A stretch of 64,000 nt of DNA from Lama guanicoe (Eukaryota): the NCBI GenBank assembly GCA_013239625.1, contig MU054049.1:507015-571014 (forward strand), written 5' to 3'. The notes beneath the pieces were generated by a model. That model was not told the origin of the DNA and ran no database searches. It worked only from the letters and a program-made list of their open reading frames with translations. The position numbers were made by a program, and so were the translations under genes. Shown here piece after piece: positions 40,301 to 49,300 of this stretch. Position 1 is the first letter of the stretch. Each line of letters opens with the position of its first letter.

Positions 40301-43300
40301 GAAGATGAGAAATAAGAATAACAAAGGCAGGGGAAAGCCCAAAGATCAAAGTCAGCAGTCATCAGGGGAAAACTTTTCCATAAATTAAGAAAAATTCTTC
40401 ACAATATATAAAGGCTTTTTTTTTTATTAAAGCTTAAGTATTTCAAGTATGTTATCCTTTAAAGTTCACAATGGCTGGTTTAGTGGCTTCCAGACCTGGT
40501 GAGTTTTCCACAACGCCAGGCTCTCTGGTGAAGCTGAAAATGCAAATGAAGAAGCTGCAAAGACTTTTTACCCAGTGTTAAAACAAAAAATAGTTGTATT
40601 ATACAAAGCCTTATGAATAAAAGAGTGTGGTGTCGGCATATGAACAGACTAATGGAACAGAATATAAAAGAGAAATAGATCAAATTGAATAGGAAAGTTT
40701 AGTAATTTAAATCAATGAGGAAAGATGCATTGACTAATGAATGATATTGGGACAAGAGTTGCTCATTTGGCAAAAAGTATATTTGGATCCCTAGTTCGCA
40801 TTACACACAAACTTTAAGATTAATTAAAATACTAAATATTATGTATCTGTTATAGGAGAGAGAGAGGGAGGGGGGAAAGAGAAGGAAAGGGAGAGAGAGA
40901 CTTAGAATATAAAAATGTTGAATTAATTTATAAATAAAATGGTGAAAGCCTTCTTAAGCAAGATAAAAAATTCAAAAATCCATGAAAGACAAGTGATATA
41001 TTGGACTACATTAACAAATATAAAAGTTTGATATGGAATTTACATGAATTAAGCCTTAAAATATGCAACAGGCAGAATTTCAGTTTCTGCTCCAACATGT
41101 GAAGAGTTTGGAAGTCATCTCTCTCATCCTAACAATAAGCAAAAAGTTGAACAAATTGAAATCAGCACCTCTTGTTAGGTCTATCAGAGAGCTGAAGTCA
41201 CAAGGCAAACTGATGTCCCCAAAACTAAAGAGATGGGTGAATACAAGGCCACAGCTTACCATAAACGGAAGTGGCTGGAGTCAGTAACAATAAGGAAAAT
41301 TTAGACTGCAATTGACAAACTGCAGAGGCTGAAGGTGGACTAGCTTAACAATTAAAAATTCTGCGGGGCCCAGTCTTAAAGGGATCCTGTATTTTTGTGG
41401 GTTTTATCTCTAGAAGTGCCACCAGATTCTCATGGGGAATATCTGAGAAGAATCCCCTCATGCTTTCCAGCAGGGGAAGAAAAAAATAACCGTTTTGAAA
41501 TAAGCCAAGAGCATTCTGATCTCCCCTGCAAGTGAAGCTACTTTACCAGAGTTTAACAAACCTAAGGGAGGGGAAATACCCAAACCCAATGCCTCTAGTC
41601 TTCCTGTCTCACCTCAAGGGAGGAGGAAGCTAAGAAGAGCATGTGAAGGTCACAGCCCAAGAGAACAGACTTACTACAAGACTGAGACCTAATCATAGGA
41701 TTATAGAACACAATTTCTCCCCACACCTCACCACTACATCAACTCCTATATAATAGCAGAGGATAACTGTGTAAAGAACTGCAAAGATTCTATTTAAGAA
41801 GGAGATTTTAGAGAAATCCAAAGACAACAGGGGAGACAAAAGCGAAGATACTAGAAGTTGAAGCCTCAGACACCTAAACCTACAGCAAACAGTACACACA
41901 GTGTGACTCCTGGCCAGATAAACATAAATGCTCACACTAATGTATCTCAGTTCCTATTAGCCATTACATCATGTCTGGGTTTCAACAAAAAGTTACAACT
42001 CATGTATAAAATCAAGAAAAATACACAGTCTGCAGAAACACAGCAAGAGACAGAACCAGGCTCAGATACGACAAAGATCTTGAAATTATCATACCAGGAA
42101 TTTAAAATAGCTCTGAGTAATATGCTAAGGGCTCTAATTGAAAATGTGGACAACATGCAAGAACAGATGGGTAATGTAGTCAGAGAGATGGAAATTCTTT
42201 TTAAAAATCAAAAGGAAATGCTTACAATCAAAATCATTGTAAGAGAAGTGAAGAATGCCTTTGATGGGCTAATTAGCAGACTGTACACATTTGAGGGGAA
42301 AAAAATCAATGACCTTGCAGATATATTACTAGAAACTTCCAAAACTGAAATGCAAAGAGAAAAGAGAATGTAAAAATGGAACAAACTATCCAAGAACTGT
42401 GGGGCAATTACAAAAAGTATAACATACATGTAATTCGAATACCAGAAGAAGAAAAGAGATGGAACAGAAAAAACAATTGAAGTAATAAGAGCTCAGGATT
42501 TTCCCAAATTGATAACAGACACCAAACCACAGATCCAGGTAGCTCAGAAAATATCAAGCAGAATAAACACCCAAAAAATCAACAAATATGCTTATCAAAC
42601 TACAGGAAACCAGACACAAAGAGAAAATCTTGAAAGACGCCAGAAGAAAAATAGAAAATAGACAATAGTGATAGATATGGTAGCTTTTAATGCAATATAT
42701 CAATAATCACTTTAAATGTAAACAATCTAAATACACAAATCAAAAGACAGAAACCGAGAGAAAGTAGATTAAAAAACAATCTCCACCATTTTGTCTACGT
42801 GAAACCTACTTTAAATGTAAAGGCACAGACTGATTAAAAGGAAAGAGATGGAAAAAAAATGCACCATAATAACACAAATCAAAAGAAAGCTGGAGAGTAC
42901 CTATCTCAATTTCAGGCAAAGCAGACTTTAGAACAAAGAAAACAGTTAGTGATGAAGAGGGACATTACATAACAATAAAGGAACCAATACTCCCAAGAAG
43001 ACATAACAGTCCTTAATGTGTGTGTGCCTAACAAGAGAGCATTCCGTTATTAGAGGCCCCAGATCCAGAACACTGACAACACCAAATGCTGACGAAGATG
43101 TGGCGCAACGGGAATTTTCATTTATTGCTGGTGGGAATGCAAAATGGTACAGTTACTTTGTGAGACAGCTTGGCTATTTCTTACAAAACTAAACTTACTA
43201 AACAATCCAGCAATTGTAATCCTTGGCGTTTACCCAAAGGAGTTGAAAACTTACTTTAATACAAAAACCTGTACATGGATGTCTATAATAACTCTATTTA

Positions 43301-46300
43301 TAATTGCTAAAACCTGGAAGCAATCAGGATGCCCTTCAGTAGGTGAGTGGATAAATAAACTGTGGTATAACCAGGCAATGGAATATTATTCAGGGCTGAG
43401 TAGAAATGAGCTATCAAACCATGAAAAGATATGGAGGAAACGTAAATGCATATTACTAAGTGGAAAAAGCCAATGTGAAAGTTACATACAGTATGATTCC
43501 AATTATATGACGTTCCAGAAAAGGTAAAACTATGGAGACCGTAAAAAGATCAGTGATTACCAAGAGTGGAGGTGGGTGATAAACTGGTGGAACACAGAAG
43601 ACATTTAGGGTAGTGGAACTATTCTACATGATATTGTAATGGTGGATACATGTCATTTTACATTTGTTCAAACCTATGGAATGTATAACACCAAATGAAT
43701 CCTAATGTAAACTGTGAACTTTGGGTGATGATGTGTCAATGTAGTTCATCAGTTGTAACAAATGTACTATACTCTGGTGAAGGATGTTAATAACAGGGAA
43801 GCCTACACATGAGAAGGGGCAGGGAACATACAGGAAATCTCTGTATCTTCTGCTCAGTTTTACCGTGAACCTAAAACTGTTCTAGAAAATAAAGTCTATT
43901 TAGAAAAAAAAAATGTAATGGGCAAAAGACAGGAAGAGACATTTTGCTGAAGTAGGTATACACATGGTAAATAAGCACATTAAAAGATGTTCAACACCAC
44001 TAGCCATGAGAGGTAGGAAAATTAAGACTATAACAAGATATCACTACACACCTATCAGAAGAGGAAAAAAAGTGATAATACCAAATGCTAGTGAAGATGC
44101 AGAGAAAAAACTGTTAGCAACTAAAATGTCCTTCATCTGTTGAATGGTTATACAGATTGTGGAATATCCACACTGTGGAATACTGCTCAGCAATGAAAAG
44201 CAAGCTGCTGACATCTGCAGTGACTTGGATGGACCTCGAAGGCATTATCCTGAGTGCTCTAAAGGGAAAGTCTGTTAACATAAAATAAAATAAAACAAAA
44301 TAGTAAAGTAAAAATAAATTAAAATAAAATATAAAATAAACATTGAAACAAAGTTCCTGGAGTTAGCATTAATAAGCCAGTTTTTTGGTCCAAGTTCCTC
44401 CGGACATTCACTTTGGTCTGGAAGGTGGAATGGGACTTCATGTTTAAACAACCATTTCTGCCTGACACCCAAAGACAAAGAGAGCGGGGTTTTTTTGTTT
44501 GTTTGTTTTTTGGGGTTTTTTTTTGCCTATTGCATCACCCTACCGGCAAGATAAAATGTGAAACAGAGAGAGGTAAGTGTGTTGGCGGAAGTGATCTGTG
44601 AATACCAGATAGCGAGAAGGGGTCGTCTGCCTCCAGAGGGGTCCAGGAGCCAGACAAGCCTGGGAGGGCCCCCTCTTTAGAGAGAGCTTAATCTCCTCTC
44701 ACCTTGTAGTGACAGCTAGGAGACCAACCTCTGGCAGAGGGGACTCGAGCAGGGCAGCGACTTTAGTGAGCTCCCGACCGAATGCAAATTGAGAGGTGGT
44801 TCACCCTGTCACAAAGCCCGCAAAATGAATACTTTGTTTTAAATGTTCCTCTAGGGGTGAAGCTACATCCTTCAGCCAAAGTTATCCATTCAGAAGAGAC
44901 CATTACAAATAATGGCCAGAATTTGCAGATGGACCTAGAGATGATCATACTAAGTGAAGTAAGTCAGACAGAAAAAGACAAATATCATATGATATCACTT
45001 ATATGTGGAATCTAAAAAATAGTACAAAGTAACGTATTTACAAAACAGAAATAGACTCACAGACATAGAAAACAAACTTATGGTTAACAAAGGAGAAAGG
45101 AGGGGAGAGGGATAAATTAGGAGTTTGGGATTAGCAGATACAAATTACTATACATAAAATAGATAAACAACAGGGACCTACTGCATAGCACAGGGAACTA
45201 TATTCAATATCGTGTAATAACCTATAATGAAAAAAGAATAGATGTATGCATAACTGAATCACTGTGCTGTACACCAGAATCTAACATGACATTGTAAATC
45301 AACTACACTTCAATAAAAAAATAAAATTAAAATAATAGCTAGAAAAGAAACAGTCCTTAGTTGTCTGTACCAAGCTTCACTGATCCAAAAGACCTTGATT
45401 TAGCACAGAAAAGAGATATGTGAGAACAGCTGAGGGTTGAAGAAGCAAAAGCTTTTTCTCGCCAGACATGCCAAGTGGTTTTAAGAAGAGAATTACAGTC
45501 TTAAGCTTCTTGCCTGGGTTTCAGTCACCATATTTCCCCTTCTAGATTCCTGAGTTTAGAAGCTGCTTCCCACTGGGATGTCTATAAAGAGCCGTTAACA
45601 ATGAGCTGTGGTAAAGGATGAAGGTCAAGCTGAAAGTGGCTATTTCTGTCCAAAGAGAGAGAGAGAAAAATCTGTGGTTCCCAATACTAGAAGGCAAGCA
45701 GAAAGTGAGATTAAGAAAAATCATAAAAGAAAACTGCAAATCTTTATTAAAGCATATGGAGCCCTGTCCATCTCTACAGGTGATCAAGGAGATGCCAGGG
45801 GAAATGATCAGGGCGGCCCAATCCATCAAGTTGGCTTCGGCCCTGAGCACACTCAGTACTTGTGAGGTTGCAACGAAACTGTTCCTCCCAGAGACCTTAT
45901 TTAGGGTGTGGCCAATTTCAGACAGCTGATTTATAAAGCAATTTGGCAGTACTTACCAGGAGCCAAGGGATATCCGCCCCCCCACGCCCGTCCCCCCCCC
46001 GCGGTCAAGTTATTCCTCGTCTGGGAATTTCCACTAAGAATATAACAGAGAAAGGTATATACTCAAAGAGATTTGCCATGGCATTATATGTAATAATAAA
46101 TCAATGAAATATCAAATGCTGGTGGTCCTCAGGGTTCTTCCTGCCCTAGCCTGTCTCCTCAAATCACTCTACATACTCTGAAGTTACCAACTATCAACCC
46201 ACCACTTCCGGTCGTGTCTTCAGTTCAGACTTCTCTCCTGATGTCCCTCTTGTTGTTTCCAGCTGCCTGTTAGACCACCCCACTAGGATGCGCAAGATTG

Positions 46301-49300
46301 AAATCATCTTCCCTCCAACTCCCTATCCAGATAAATGGCACCACCACCTACCCAGCTAGTCAGGCCAAAAGTTCAGGCATCACTCTTCTCTCCAGTCCCT
46401 CAACTGCCCATCCTCTTAATCCTTACCTTCAGAATCTCTCTCAAGTACATCCATTTCTCCCCAGCCCCCCTGCCACTCTCCTGGTCTAAGCTCCCAGCAT
46501 TCTCCCACCTGATCGACCACTGTATTCTCCCAAATGGTTTCCTCACATCCAGTCTTACTACCCCAATCCATTCTCTATTCTGCAGAGACCTTGTTCTCAA
46601 ACAAAAATCTCACTATGTTACTCCTTCAGCAGCTTTCCATTCTCCACAGGATCATTTCAGGTTCCAAATTCCAGACCAAGGCTTTCGGGACCTCCAGTCC
46701 ACCCCTCCAGACTGATCTCCGACCACTTCCTGTTGCTTCTCTAGCCCTTCTCCGGGCTTCTGATGCATCGCCCTCTCTCACTTCCTGTCCTTCCCACTGG
46801 CTGCGTGGGGACACTCCCACCTGGAGCTGCCTCTTCTCCATAGGCTGAATGACCAAGTAAATCAATGAATGACCAAGTGGGAGCTGCCCAGACTCTGTGA
46901 CCAGCATCACACAGAAATGATACTGATACAGAAAATAAATGAAATACTTGGATGATACCTTTTTTTTTTAATGTCCAACACATTTCCTTAATAGCTAAAC
47001 ACCTTTTATTCCTCTTTAAGTCTATGGAAGGGGAAGTTCTGATGGGGGAGGTTTAAAATCTACCCTTGACCCGCCACAAACTGGTCCTTTCTCACCATGC
47101 TCCAGATCACCTTCTTGCTTTTCTTCACTGCCCACTCTATTTCCAATGACTTTAGGATATTCCAATCATTTTAACTCAAGGAAATATACAGAGCAGGAGG
47201 TCTACAGCTAAGGCAAGAAAAATCATGGCAATTAGCAACAGAGCTGCCAGTGACCAGGCATAAAAATGAAGACCAAGTCTGGGGAAGGGGGTTAGCCAGT
47301 CTCGAGGAGGAGAGGTGTGGGAGGAGAGCAACTAAAAACACTGAGCTCTGAGCCAAGAAACTCAGAAGGAAAATGAGAAAGAGCGTGGTGGCTGAGCGGG
47401 CAGGTTCTAAAGTCCAGTTGGACTGACCCTCATCTACCCTGGGCAAAGTAGTTTTTGTCTTTATTCATATATAACATGGCTTATTGAGTCTGACAGACAG
47501 TAGCATCTTATAATAGCGTCTATTTATATTACTGAGTATACAGTGAAGGCAGGGGGTAGGGTAGGGACAAACCCACAAAACTAGAACTTGAGAACAGAAA
47601 TGGCTTCATCAGTGGAGCTGCAGATGGCCTTGGGCCAGGCTGTATACAGCGATCTTTGCTACTCAGGGTCCGGTCCCTCAAACCAGCCACACTGGCATCA
47701 CCAGGGAGCTTATCAGAAATAGACTTGGGACCTCCCCAGGCTTCCTGAGTCAGAATCTGGATTTTAACAAGACCAGTGGGGATCACTGGGTGGTTCATCT
47801 AATCGTTACAAGCTACAGAGCACTGCCCTGGGTTCCATCAGCTTGTTTGGAAGAATCAGCGACAGGCAGGCAATGGCTGCAGCCACCTAAAATGTGGAGG
47901 TAGATTGCTGTGTTGAGTAACCACAGAGACCCATACCTGGGGCTTGTCAGTGCTCCAGGGGACCTGGGCAACTACTCACTTAGATCAAAGAAAAGGAATT
48001 TAGTGGAGATATTATCAGAGGATGAGCTGAGGCCATAAACCAGGTGGGCTTGTGTGGTCTGGACATAAAAGCTATGGGTGGGAGGGATCTGCAAAAGGGG
48101 ATGATATGGGGATGGCGACCAGCAGGGCATGGACCAGGGACAGCACCGGAGTCTTTCCAGGAGGGTTTACACGGCTTTCCTGATATTTTTAGGCTAAAAA
48201 CACTTTGTAGAGAGTAGCATTACATTCATTTTATAGTAGGGCAAAGTCAACAGTACATCAAAAATAAAAGGAACTTAAGAGGTCAGCCTTTAGCCTGAAA
48301 TATTATTTTTCCCTATAGCCCAAATATTTGTTAATTGAAATAATTACAATAACATTCACTTCTTGGATGCTTTTGTATGACTATGTCACAAAGGTTCTCA
48401 CCCCTTTTAGCTTGTCTTGTTTATACTAATGGACAGAAAAACAGCAGGTTGCATTAAAGGACATTTTAGAGTAAAAAATAAAATAAAAATAAGAGGATCA
48501 ATGCACAATAACTTAGCCAAAATAAGTTTCACTGACTGCTGATGAGCTGGACCTGGAGGTTTAGATGCTGGGAATGCAAACAGGATCCCACCAGGGGAGT
48601 GAGCACAATGTCTGCAGGCATTTGAGGTCCAGTGACATCTCTTGAAGGCCGCAAACCTCCCTCATCCTTCTCTGTTCTGTATTTAAATCACAGTCATCTT
48701 TCCATATTGGTCTTTTCAAAGAGTCCAGCATTGACCTGCACCTTGAATCCATTCCTGTATTTCTTATTTTGATAAGTGATACAGTTACCCACAAAGAGAA
48801 GCAGGTAACCTTAATTCCTTTCTTTACATCCCCTTCTCCCATCTACACTAATCATATTCCTATCCCCATGGATTCTGTCTCTTTAAAACTCTCTAGCATC
48901 CTAGGATGTGCCGAAGAAGGCTCCTACTGACCCGTGAGAGCTAATTATTTATAATCTCCAGAAATTTTGCAAGCTCGTTGTTAAACACAGCCATTATAAA
49001 AAATTAAGTTATAGAAACTTCCAATTAAATAAATTATATTAATAATGTCCTCAGAACTCACCATGTCCTCATTAATTTACTATATAGTATGTTGTCTATG
49101 CCCTTGAACTTATTTAAATCCATTGCATGCATATGGTAGAAATTACACATAATGGTATGCTGGTGCATATCTCTTTCAACTTTGTGCTCAGTGATATCAC
49201 TTTGGGAGCTTAGAATTGGCCATAGTGGGAGTACTTATACCAAAGAAATTGGCAAAAGCTACAAATCAGGGCTTGGTTTGTTGTTTTGTTGATTGTCTGG

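Noticed and set aside
41858..42373. 171-aa coiled-coil ORF
   Set aside because: Decayed L1 ORF1 within a larger L1 remnant; downstream frame is broken.
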